The translations under genes were made by a program, and so were the position numbers. A stretch of 64,000 nucleotides of DNA. Origin: Octopus vulgaris (Eukaryota). The stretch is from the NCBI GenBank assembly GCA_951406725.2, contig OX597824.1, positions 78,678,001 to 78,742,000 of the forward strand, given 5' to 3'. Positions within the stretch are counted from its first letter, which is position 1. The number at the start of each line of letters is the position of its first letter. The notes under the pieces are model-generated. The model was not told the origin of the DNA. It ran no database searches and saw only the letters and a list, made by a program, of their open reading frames with translations. This document shows, piece after piece, positions 54,095-64,000 of the stretch.

Positions 54095-54761
54095 CTGGAA
54101 ACAAAAGAAAAACACCGCAATCACATTTTAAAAAGAAAATACAATGGACAAAACGAAACATAAAGAACGAGCATGGTTGTGTGGTTGATCAATCACATTG
54201 AGATGCAGTTGCACTGTACAACACCTTTAGCAAGTGTCCTCTCTTCTAGCTCTGTAATATACAAAGTGTTTAGGCTAAATGTGACTATTTCTTGTTTTTA
54301 AGAACAGCTTGAAGTATTGCTGAAGTACTTATTTTTTAAGCCTGGTACTTATTCTATCAGTCTCCTCTGCCGAACCACAAGGTTACGGGGATGTAAACAC
54401 ACCAACACCAGTTGTCAAGGCACCCAAGGATCAAGAGATAGTGTTAAACTGGGAAAAGATTATTGAGTCAGTAGGCCCATGTAGGCAAGAGAAGGATTTG
54501 AAATCAAAACACACAGAGCCAGAAGAATACTAATGATCCCCTGATTCTGTAAGTTCATGACTCTAGACTGGTACTTTAGTTACCGACCCCAGAGGGATCA
54601 CAGGCAAAGTTGAACTCCATAAGTGACAATATTGAGAATCGTGGTGGTGGTGAGGAGGAGGAGGAGGAAGCAGAGCAAGGAAAGAGGAAGGAAGGGGGAT
54701 AAGATGAAGGAGGAGCAAAATGAGTAGAAGAGAAGAGAGATAGATAGAGTACTGTACTTAC

Positions 54762-54859
54762 ATTTTCTCACTGGATTTCTTTGATTTTGATGATTTCGTA
54801 GTAGAACTGTCCTTTGAGGGTTTTGCACTGGCAAAGAGTGTCATCTGGTTTGGCAAAGT
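54762..54859 (-). CDS. WDHD1: WDHD1 linker exon
   Basis: ctcacag / GTAAGT sites; TLPNQMTLFASAKPSKDSSTTKSSKSKKSSEK; phase 0 in, 2 out fits neighbours. Confidence 0.85.
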
Positions 54860-55315
54860 CTGTGAGCAAAATGAATGGAAATTAGAGATTAATTAGAGAT
54901 TAAACTAGTGATTAAGGCAAGTTAATCAGTTGGCCATTTTCTTGTTTTTTTTTTCTACGTCTTTTAGTCAGAGGGAAGAGCAGTTTCCATGACCCTTAAG
55001 AGAGATTAGTGGGAGACAAGAAGGAATGTATCCCAACTACAGATTTAGTCATAATACTTGCAACAGAATAAACTTTACAATGACGATGACGATGATGATG
55101 ATGACAGTGATGATGATGATGACAGTGATGATGATGATGACGATGATGATGATGACAGTGATGATGATGATGACGGTGGTGATGATGATGGTGATGATAA
55201 TGGTGATGATGATAATGGTGATGATGATGATAATGATGGTGTTGATGATTATAATGATGGTGGTGATGGTGGTGGTGATGATGATGATGGTGATGGTGAC
55301 AGAGGAAAGACCTAC

Positions 55316-55444
55316 CTTCCGCGATCCTGTCTTCAGCTTAACAGCTTCAGGGGAACTCAACAGCTTCGTTGGTTTACTTCGAGTCATGGAATCAAAAACC
55401 TGAGTACCTTTCATGGCCGGGAGGGGTTTCTGTGGGGTCCCAAT
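55316..55444 (-). CDS. WDHD1: WDHD1 linker exon
   Basis: gttgacag / GTAGGT sites; IGTPQKPLPAMKGTQVFDSMTRSKPTKLLSSPEAVKLKTGSRK; 129 nt, phase 0/0. Confidence 0.85.
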
Positions 55445-55814
55445 CTGTCAACACAACAAATCAATTTAAAATGAGGGGGTCAGCATAATGAGACAGAAAA
55501 ACACGTGCACATACACACACATCCACACAGCCCTTTCCTTTAACGGCCAAGCTGGAGCACTATCTGCTATTCAAATAACCGATAACTGAGAAATGTTTTA
55601 TTGACCGCAGAGTAAGGATACAAAGCAAAGAGGTCTTGGAAAAACCACACACACAGAGCTCTTTCTCTTATTGGCTTCAGTAATTGAAAATGTGGCCAAG
55701 CCACAGCACCTTTCAAGAGCATAGTTTTACTCCATTGATCAGAAAATTGATTGGTTCTTTACTTATCATTCTCAGACAGAGTACAGCCAAAGTTAACCTG
55801 GTGGATTTTACACA

Positions 55815-56120
55815 GGCGTGGCTGTGTGGTAAGAAGCTCGCTTCTCAACCATGTGGTTCCGGGTTCAGTCCCACTGTGTGACACCTTGGGTAAGTGTCTT
55901 CTATTGTAACCTCGGGCCAACCAAAGCCTTGTGAGTGGATTTGATACCCAGAAGCTGAAAGAAGCGTGCCTTGCTTACCAACCACATGGTTCTGGGTTCA
56001 GTCCCGCTGTGTGGCACACTGGGCAAGTGTCTTCTGCTATAGCTTCGGGCCAGCCAAAGTCTTGAAAATGGATTTGGTAGACAGAAACTGAAAGAAGCCC
56101 GTCGTATATATGTATGTACA

Positions 56121-56173
<53 letters not shown>

Positions 56174-56400
56174 CACACGTATATATATATGTGTGTGTGT
56201 TTTGTGTTTGTTCCCCCAACATTGCTTTACAACCGATGGTGGTGTGTTTACGTCCCCATCACTTAGCGGCTCAGCAAGAGGAACCGATAGAGTAAGTACT
56301 AGGCTTACAAAGAATATGTCCTGGGGCCGATTTGCTCAACTAAAGGCGGTGCTCCAGCATGGCCGCAGTCAAATGACTGAAACAAATAAAAGAATAAAAG
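55815..56400 (+). mobile_element. SINE family A, partial head copy followed by a near-complete copy
   Basis: Head region repeated at 55815 and 55970. Confidence 0.85.
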
Positions 56401-57028
56401 AATACACACACACATATGTACTAGCAAACACACACATGTCCTTTGGATGGTTTAAATTGCTTTGGTGGTATTTTTTTACCAAATAATTCAACTACGAAGA
56501 AGGTTTATGAGTAACACGGCAATCTCTGTTTCTGATTAACTGAGGAATGGAGAACCAGATTGAAGGCTGGTTACGGTGAAGGTCGTTGCACTTTAATGAT
56601 CTGAGAACACATAAATTTGCAAGCAATGCAAAGTAGAGCTACTGAAGAGTTTTGGGAATAGATTACAGATAATGACTACAAAATATAATTGTTTTACAAG
56701 AAAGCAAAATTTCTTGTCAGAAACAGCCACATAAATGGTGTAAAGAAATTGAAGGAAGACTTTGAAACTGCCCCTCAGCGAATTTATTTTATTCAACAGA
56801 AAAGGGAGCTATTTTTTCACTTTCAAAAATGACAATATAATACCTACTTGAAAAAGTAGAGTTAAAGGAATGTATCTGCTGTGTGCTTACAGTGTATGAT
56901 CACTCTGAAATTCTTCAGAGTGATCATACACTTCAGGCAATGAAAAATGAAGACATGAAGAGTTTGACTTCAGTTCTCGAATACTGCTTTGAATCCTAGG
57001 AATGGAGAATCAGGTTGAAGGTTGGTTA

Positions 57029-57420
57029 CAGGAGTGGCTGTGTGGTAAGTAGCTTGCTTACCAACCACATGGTTCTGGGTTCATTCCCACTGCGTGGCAC
57101 CTTGGGCAAGTGTCTTCTACTATAGCCTCGGACCGACCAAAGCCTTGTGAGTAAATTTGGTAGACGGAAACTGAAAGAAGCCCATAGTATATATGTATAT
57201 GTGTGTATATGTTTGTCTGTCTTTCTTTGTTCCCCAACATCGCTTGACAACCAATGGTGGTATGCTTACGTCCACGTAACTTAGCGGTTCGGCAAAAGAG
57301 ACCGATAGAATAAGTACTAGGCTTACAAAAAATAAGTCCTGGGGTCGATTTGCTCGACTAAAGGCGATGCTCCAGCATGGCCGCAGTCAAATGACTGAAA
57401 CAAGTAAAAGAGTAAAAGAG
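57029..57420 (+). mobile_element. SINE family A
   Basis: Full-length. Confidence 0.9.
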
Positions 57421-57429
57421 AGAGAATCT

Positions 57430-58012
57430 TTAGCAGTTCGAAGTGAAAAGATGTCGCATTGTAAGGCAGACAAATAATAAATCGAAAAAGTGTGAAAACA
57501 ATTTTAAAATATTCTGTAATGCAAATATACAACCATATAGATTTTAAAAATATGGAAACAGTCCAAATAAATAGACAAAATCCTTTCACTTTTATAATAT
57601 TCTCTAACCCAAACACTTATTCATAAAATACGACACCAATACACACATAAAAAAATAAAGTAATAACATACAATTACAACATATAAATAAATAGTAAATT
57701 TTTAAAATGTGAAAACCACTAAAAAATATTCTCTAATTCCAATATATGACCATATAGATTAAAAAAGTATGGGAGACTCTAGATACAAAAAAACTATATA
57801 CATACAATGAATAAGAGAAAAACCTGTGTAAAGCACCATTTTTCCCAATTTGTCAATTTACATGGGAGCTCTGGGCAAAATATAAAAGTGCATGACCATC
57901 TTTGGGACATAAGTAATGTGTGTGTAAAGTTTGGTGAAAATCAGTTGAGAATTGTGGAAATGTATGCATTAGTCAATATGCACACACATCCTGTGATTTA
58001 TATATACTAGAT
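57430..58012 (+). mobile_element. Helitron-like non-autonomous remnant
   Basis: Internal repeat CCATATAGATT..AAAA.TATGG and 3' end GTAAAGTTTGGTGAAAATCAGTTGAG...TTTATATATACTAG. Confidence 0.4.
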
Positions 58013-58029
58013 ATATTCTCTTTCTCTCT

Positions 58030-58242
58030 TTTCTCTTTTACTTGTTTCAGTCATTTGACTGCAGTCATGCTGGAGCACCGCCTTTAATCGAGCAACTCGG
58101 CCCCGGGACTTATTCTTTGTAAGCCCAGTACTTATTCTATCGGTCTCTTTTGCCAAACCATTAAGTGACGGGGACATAAACACACCAGCATCGGTTGTCA
58201 AGCAATGCTAGGGAGACAAACACAGACACACAAACATACACG

Positions 58243-58283
<41 letters not shown>

Positions 58284-58441
58284 GACGGGCTTCTTTCAGT
58301 TTCCGTCTACCAAATCCACTCACAAGGCTTTGGTCGGCCCGAGGCTATAGTAGAAGACACTTGCCCAAGGTGCCACGCAGTGGGACTGAACCCAGAACCA
58401 TGTGGTTGGTAAACAAGCTACCTACTACACAGCCACTCCTG
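58030..58441 (-). mobile_element. SINE family A
   Basis: Full-length inverted copy. Confidence 0.9.
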
Positions 58442-59243
58442 TACTTATATATTTATGTGTATGTGTGTGTCTTTGTGTCTATGTTTGGCCCCCAACCATC
58501 GCATGACAACTAATGGCATGCTTATATTCCTGTAACTTAGCAGCTCAGCAAAAGGGACTGACAAAATAAGCACTAGGCTTACAAAGTAAAAAACCCTTTA
58601 CGGCAGTGCTCCAGCATGGCCACAATCAAATGACAGAAACATATAAAAGAGTAGAAGAGCATACAAAGTCTTTTCTTCACCGGATTTCAATCATGGGACT
58701 ATGGCCAAGCTAGGGCACGACTGTGTATCATATAGTCAGTCCATTACATCGATTCCCTGAGCATGACAGGAATTCAATTAACCAACCTCAGACAAATGAA
58801 ATATGCTGGAACTGAATAAGAATTTATACACCAATATAAACACCATGAACTGGTACTCCAAAAAGAATGATATCCAAAGTTGACTTTGGTAGAGAGAGTC
58901 AGAACAAATAGAACCATAAGGCATTCTAATCTATGCTCAAACAACTCTGTCGATTCATTGCCTTATGGGATTTATGGAACTCCTGGGATATAAGAGATTT
59001 AGAGAATTTAGGATATTTATGGGATTTGTTGGATTTATAAGATTCACAAGATTTTATGAGACTTACAAGATCTATGAGATTTATGGAATATACGAGATTT
59101 ATGGAATTTAAGGGATTTGTGGGGTGTATGGGATTACAAAATGAAAACGATATAATTAAAAACAGAAAATCATAACAACTAAAAGTAAACAAATGAAGTG
59201 ATCATTTCTTCCTCCAAAACATATAAACCCTTAAATGTCTTAC

Positions 59244-59317
59244 TTTGAAAGGGTTTGTTACAGTGCTTGATGAGGGGAAAACTCTTGGAGATAAGGTGCC
59301 CTTCTTCTCTCTTTTAG
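59244..59317 (-). CDS. WDHD1: WDHD1 exon with the conserved NPFK motif
   Basis: gttgcag / GTAAGA sites; (A)KREKKGTLSPRVFPSSSTVTNPFK; phase 1 in, 0 out. Confidence 0.88.
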
Positions 59318-59354
59318 CTGCAACACAAAAGAAACAGAAGTAATAACGATAAAG

Positions 59355-59386
<32 letters not shown>

Positions 59387-59399
59387 TATTATAATAATA

Positions 59400-60230
59400 A
59401 TCCTTAAACAACCCTTATTCAAGGACCTTTTGAGCTGGATGGGCTACTCAACCAGAAAAAAATCCTAACTGTGCCCCACCTGCAAGGTAATGTGCTGTTT
59501 ATCTTGATATGTCACCCACATATGGTTGCAATGCATGTGCCTGGTGTACCCTTATCAGACGGGTAGTCATGATGAGTATACTGGGCTTCATATATTTTAC
59601 CCCAGTGTCACTTTGATGGCATGCACTGCTCTCTCACTCAATAATAATAATAATAATAATAATGATTTCAAATTTTGGCACAAGGCTAGTCATTTCAGGG
59701 GTGGAGATAAGTTGATTACATCGACCCCCAATGCTTGGCTGGTGCTTATTTTATCGACCCCAAAAGGATGAAAGGCAAAGTTGACCAGGGTAGAATTTGA
59801 ACTCAGAACACAGAGCCGGACAAAACACTACTGTGTATTTTGCCCAGCATGCTAACGATTCTGCCAGCTTGCTGCCTCAATAATAATACTGAGATCCCCT
59901 TCGGTCAAGACTGACCATGGGATTGCACCTAGAAAGTTACCCTCCGAGATACAAGTCCGGGCAAGGTTGTTTATGAAAGACCAGCAGTTGCCCATGCATA
60001 CCGGCCTCCCCTCTCCATGCCACCAGTGTTTTCCAATGGAAAAGCAAAGACTGATACAGCCTGGCAATAGTGACATTGCAACTCATTTCTACAGCTGAGT
60101 GAACTGGAGCAACATGAAATAAAGTGTCTGGCTCAATCAAGAGCACAACACACAGCCTGGTCTGGGATTCGAACTCATAACTTCACAATTGTAAGCTCAA
60201 CACTCTAACCACTGAGCCATGCACCTTCAC
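59400..60230. mobile_element. Cluster: family E end (59400-59640), SINE B (-, 59660-59877), SINE C (-, 59892-60230)
   Basis: Family motifs separated by (AAT)n. Confidence 0.8.
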
Positions 60231-60491
60231 ATAATAATAATTTCAAATTTTGACACAAGGCCAGCAATTTCGGGGAGAGGTTAAGTCAATTACACTGACC
60301 CCAATACTCAACAGGTACTTTTAAAGATTTCAAATTTTGTCACAAAGCTGGCAACTTTAGGATAGGGAGTAAATTGATTAGACTTATTTCAGTACATGAC
60401 TAGTATTTATTTTTATTGATCCCCAAAAGAATGAAAACAAAAGTCAGCTCCAGTGGTGTTTGAACTTATATATGTGCACCTGGGTGGTTAA

Positions 60492-61403
60492 CCCTTTTGT
60501 CACCAACCAGGCTGAAACCAGACTTGACTTGACTTGAGCAGCATTCACCCTGGATGGGTTGAGCTGGCTTCATTCATCCTCAATGCTGCATCTCTCACAA
60601 ACGCCGACCAGACCTGGCGATTTGAGGCTAATGACCGCGTGATCTCCAAACACTCCCTATTTCAGCGGCGAACGCTGTAGACATGGGGGCCTAGGTTGGG
60701 TTCCAGATCAGCCTTGACTGTCGTCAGCCAGGTTTTTCGTTGTCAACCACATCGCTTTCGCCAATCCTTCAAACATTCCTCTCTTTACTCTCCCTTTTAC
60801 TCTTTTACTTGTTTCAGTCCTTTGACTGCGGCCATGCTGGAGCACCGCCTTTAATCGAGCAACTCGACCCCGGGACTTATTCTTTTGTAAGCCCAGTACT
60901 TATTCTATCGGTCTCTTTTGCCGAACCGCTATGTAACGGGGACATAAACACACCAGCATCGGTTGTCAAGCAATGCTACGGGGACAAACACAGACGCACA
61001 AACACACACACGCATATATATATACATATATACGACGGGCTTCTTTCAGTTTCCGTCTACCAAATCCACTCACAAGGCATTTGTCGGCCCGAGACTATAG
61101 TAGAAGACACTTGCCCAAGGTGCCACGCAGTGGGACTGAACCCGGAACCATGTGGTTGGTAAACAAGCTACTTACCACACAGCCACTCCTGCGCATCTCA
61201 TGCTGAAACCAACACTGGCTCTGTAGTACAAATGTCTTGTTTTCATAAATTCTGAATTAAAATCTTCCACCAAACCTTAGTCACAATTTATCTTCCTAAC
61301 ATTAGCTTAATGATAATGAAGTTATTTTACTAAGTTCTTTGTTATATCTAAAATAATTGAGAGAAACATAGAGCATCTCAAAATAAATACAGTAACGAAA
61401 GGG
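60492..61403 (-). mobile_element. piggyBac-type MITE containing an RTE LINE 3' fragment (60521-61201) that itself contains SINE A (60783-61194)
   Basis: TTAA-CCCTTT/AAAGGG-TTAA ends; TSD GCTGAAACCA at 60511-60520 and 61202-61211; RTE frame WRKRCG*QRKTWLTTVKADL..LASNRQVWSAFVRD with (CAAGT)n tail. Confidence 0.85.
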
Positions 61404-61658
61404 TTAAGGAGTTTGTTCCCTAACCATGTGGTTCCAAGTTCAGTTCCAATGCATGGCGCTTAGAGAAAGTGTCTTCTGCTGTAGCTCAAGACCAACCAAA
61501 GCTTTGTTAATGGATTTGGTAAAAGGAAACTAAAAGAAGCCTCTCATTTGTGTGTGTGTTTGAATATATGTATGTGTGTGTGAGTGTATGCACACACACA
61601 CACACGTGCATTTGTGCCTCATTGTCCTGACACTGTGCAACAGTTGTATATATTTCAC

Positions 61659-62070
61659 CAGGTGTGGCTGTGTGAGATGAAGCTTGCTTCCCAACCACAT
61701 GGTTCTGGGTTCAGTCCTATGCATGGCACCTTGGGTAAGTGTTTTCTGGTATAGCTTCAGGCCGACCAAAGCTTTGTGAGTGGATTTGGTAGACGGAAAC
61801 TGAAAGAAGCCCGTCGTATATATGTGTGTGTGTGTGTGTTTGTGTACATATGTGTGTTTTTGTGTGTGCATGTTTGTCCCCCACCACCGCTGGACATCCA
61901 GTGTTGGTGTGTTTACGTCCCTGTAACTTAGCAGCTCGGCCAAAAAGACCAATAGAGTAAATGCTAGGCTTACAAAGAATAAGTCCAGAGGATTGATTTG
62001 TTTAACTAAAACGCTTTAAAGTGATGCCCCAGCATGGCCGCAGTCAAATGACTGAAACAAGCAAAAGAAG
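61659..62070 (+). mobile_element. SINE family A ending ~18 nt from a WDHD1 donor site
   Basis: Full-length. Confidence 0.85.
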
Positions 62071-62087
62071 AAGGAATCTCCACTCAC

Positions 62088-62431
62088 CTGACTTTGGTGT
62101 TCCACTGCCAGCATCCAGGCTGTTCTCTTTCTCCTCATCTGAATCGTTATCCCCATTCTCTGAACCCTTCTGTTTCATATCAACATCATCATTATCACTG
62201 CCATCACCACCACCATCATCATCACAATCATCATCATCAGCTTCATCTTCCTGATCTTCCGTCCCTTCCTCTACTTGTTCCTTTTCTTCCTCCTCCTCCT
62301 CTCCTTCCTCGTCTTCTTCCTCCTCTTCCTCCTGCTTCCGCTGCTTCTTCTTCAGACCATTAACTGAACCCTTGACAGGATTCTGACGTGGGGCCAGATT
62401 TGGTCGCACTTTATTCTTCGTGTTGTCTGGC
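62088..62431 (-). CDS. WDHD1: WDHD1 acidic low-complexity exon
   Basis: attttcag / GTGAGT sites; PDNTKNKVRPNLAPRQNP..EEEEEEDEE..GTPKS; phase 2 in, 1 out. Confidence 0.87.
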
Positions 62432-62899
62432 CTGAAAATAGGAATCGAGAATTAATATCCAGAGAGAAAAGATTTTGTTGAAATGATGAATGGTTACTAC
62501 CTGCTCCACCAACAGCCCTTCATCACCTCAATGATGATCATGATGATGATGATATAAAATAACTTTTTTTCTCTTTTACTTGTTTCGGTCATTAGACTGT
62601 GGCCATAATGGAGCCTCCTTTTGAAGAATTTTAATCAAATTGATCAGTACTTTTCTATTTCTATCTCTCTCTGTCTCATTTATTGTCTGTCTGTCTGTTT
62701 GTCTCATGTACTGAGAAAAAAAGGAGAGTCAGAAACAAATACAGATATAGGGTGAAAGTTATAAACAGAGGCAAATGGGAAAACAATGACATAAGAGAGA
62801 GGCAGAAAGTGAGAGAGAGATAGAGAGACAGACAGATGGACAGATAGACAGAGATATATTTTATACACACGCACACTCAGGCAGTTGAGAAACTAACAA

Positions 62900-63452
62900 A
62901 AATTGAGACAGACAGTAAATGAGACAGACAGACAGTAAATGAGACAGTCAGACAGTACATGAGACAGTCAGACAGTACATGAGACAGTCAGACATTAAAC
63001 GAGACAGACAGATAGTAAATGAGACAGACAGACAGAAAATGAGACAGACAGACAGACAGTGAGACAGACAGACAGTACATGAGACAAACAGACAGTAAGT
63101 GAGACAGACAGACAGTAAATGAGACAGTCAGACAGTACATGAGACAGTCAGACAGTACATGAGACAGTCAGACATTAAATGAGACAGTCAGACATTAAAT
63201 GAGACAGTCAGACATTAAATGAGACAGACAGACAGTAAGTGAGACAGACAGTAAATGAGACGGTCAGACAGTAAATGAGACAGTCAGACAGTACATGAGA
63301 CAGTCAGACAGTACATGAGACAGTCAGACATTAAATGAGAGACAGACAGAAAATGAGACAGACAGACAGACAGACAGTAAATGAGACAGTCAGACAGTAC
63401 ATGAGACAGTCAGACAGTACATGAGACAGTCAGACAGTACATGAGACAGTCA
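62900..63452. repeat. 20 bp minisatellite (GAGACAGTCAGACAGTACAT)n
   Basis: Directly visible; intronic. Confidence 0.95.
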
Positions 63453-63729
63453 AATTCAATGGAATTTGAATGCAGGGTGTAAAGATCTAGAAGAAATGTA
63501 CCTAAGCTTCTTCAGTTTTGATGCTGGAACATTTTAGACGCTTGTCACAGAATTCTACCACACAAGGTTCATACAGGACAAGAATAAGCAGTAAAAACAT
63601 ACAGCACATTCGTAAAAGAGCGAAATGGAAAATATACATCCCTAGATTATTACATGCAATTAAAGATGAAGATTCTGATTGAAGAATCGAGTTTAGTTTG
63701 TCACCATCATCTTGAACCCATCTATTTAC

Positions 63730-64000
63730 CTCTGTTTAGCCAGAATCTTCTTCCTATTGCGCACAGCAGCAGTACCATCATCATCATCATCATTATTATT
63801 ATCACTGCCACGACCACCACCATCCTCTTCTTCTTCTTCAGCAGAAGAAGAAGAAGAGTCTCCATAGCCGTTTGATGCTCTGGACTTCCTCTTCAAAAGT
63901 CGCATCTCTTCCGCCATTCGCCGCTTGTGACCCATCTCATTGATGCGTCCAGCAAGTTGCATCCTCATCAGTCTAGCTGCATACTTGACAGCCAGCTGCA
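63730..64000 (-). CDS. WDHD1: WDHD1 exon encoding the end of the SepB/Mcl1 helical domain; 5' boundary at or beyond the window edge (possible acceptor at 63996)
   Basis: QLAVKYAARLMRMQLAGRINEM resembles AND-1 LAIKYASRSRKLILAQKLSEL; donor AG/GTAAAT at 63729, phase 2. Confidence 0.9.

Noticed and set aside
55026-55310. Poly-D/M ORFs next to a WDHD1 exon
   Set aside because: (GAT)n array lying beyond the GT donor at 55315, so intronic

Overview
Eukaryotic, AT-rich, repeat-saturated genomic DNA. The microsatellite load and SINE families point to an octopus (coleoid cephalopod) genome; this is inference. The only securely identified protein-coding gene is the 3' half of WDHD1 (AND-1/Ctf4) on the minus strand: 7 exons between 64000 and 47553, with consistent GT-AG sites and phases, encoding the end of the SepB domain, an acidic linker, the HMG box and the conserved C-terminus. 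The rest is dozens of copies of at least four tRNA-derived SINE families (labelled A-D here), truncated LINE ends (R4/Dong-like, RTE, CR1-group), decayed DNA transposons (hAT-like, two mariners, a Tc1-type element, Tc1 and piggyBac-type MITEs, Helitron-like ends), micro- and minisatellites, and local duplications. Almost all ORFs in the supplied track are microsatellite or SINE artefacts. The most interesting unexplained signal is a dispersed set of type I minimal hammerhead ribozyme motifs of the Penelope-like-element kind (CUGANGA...GAAA...NUH, tiny palindromic stem III, often a very long stem II). Several sit inside inverted repeats, and one is a ~490 bp palindrome with a hammerhead in each arm just downstream of WDHD1. 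Also seen: a chain of exon-like unique islands on the minus strand downstream of WDHD1, template-switch hairpins, and nested or self-nested insertions. All calls were made by eye, and repeat coordinates are approximate.
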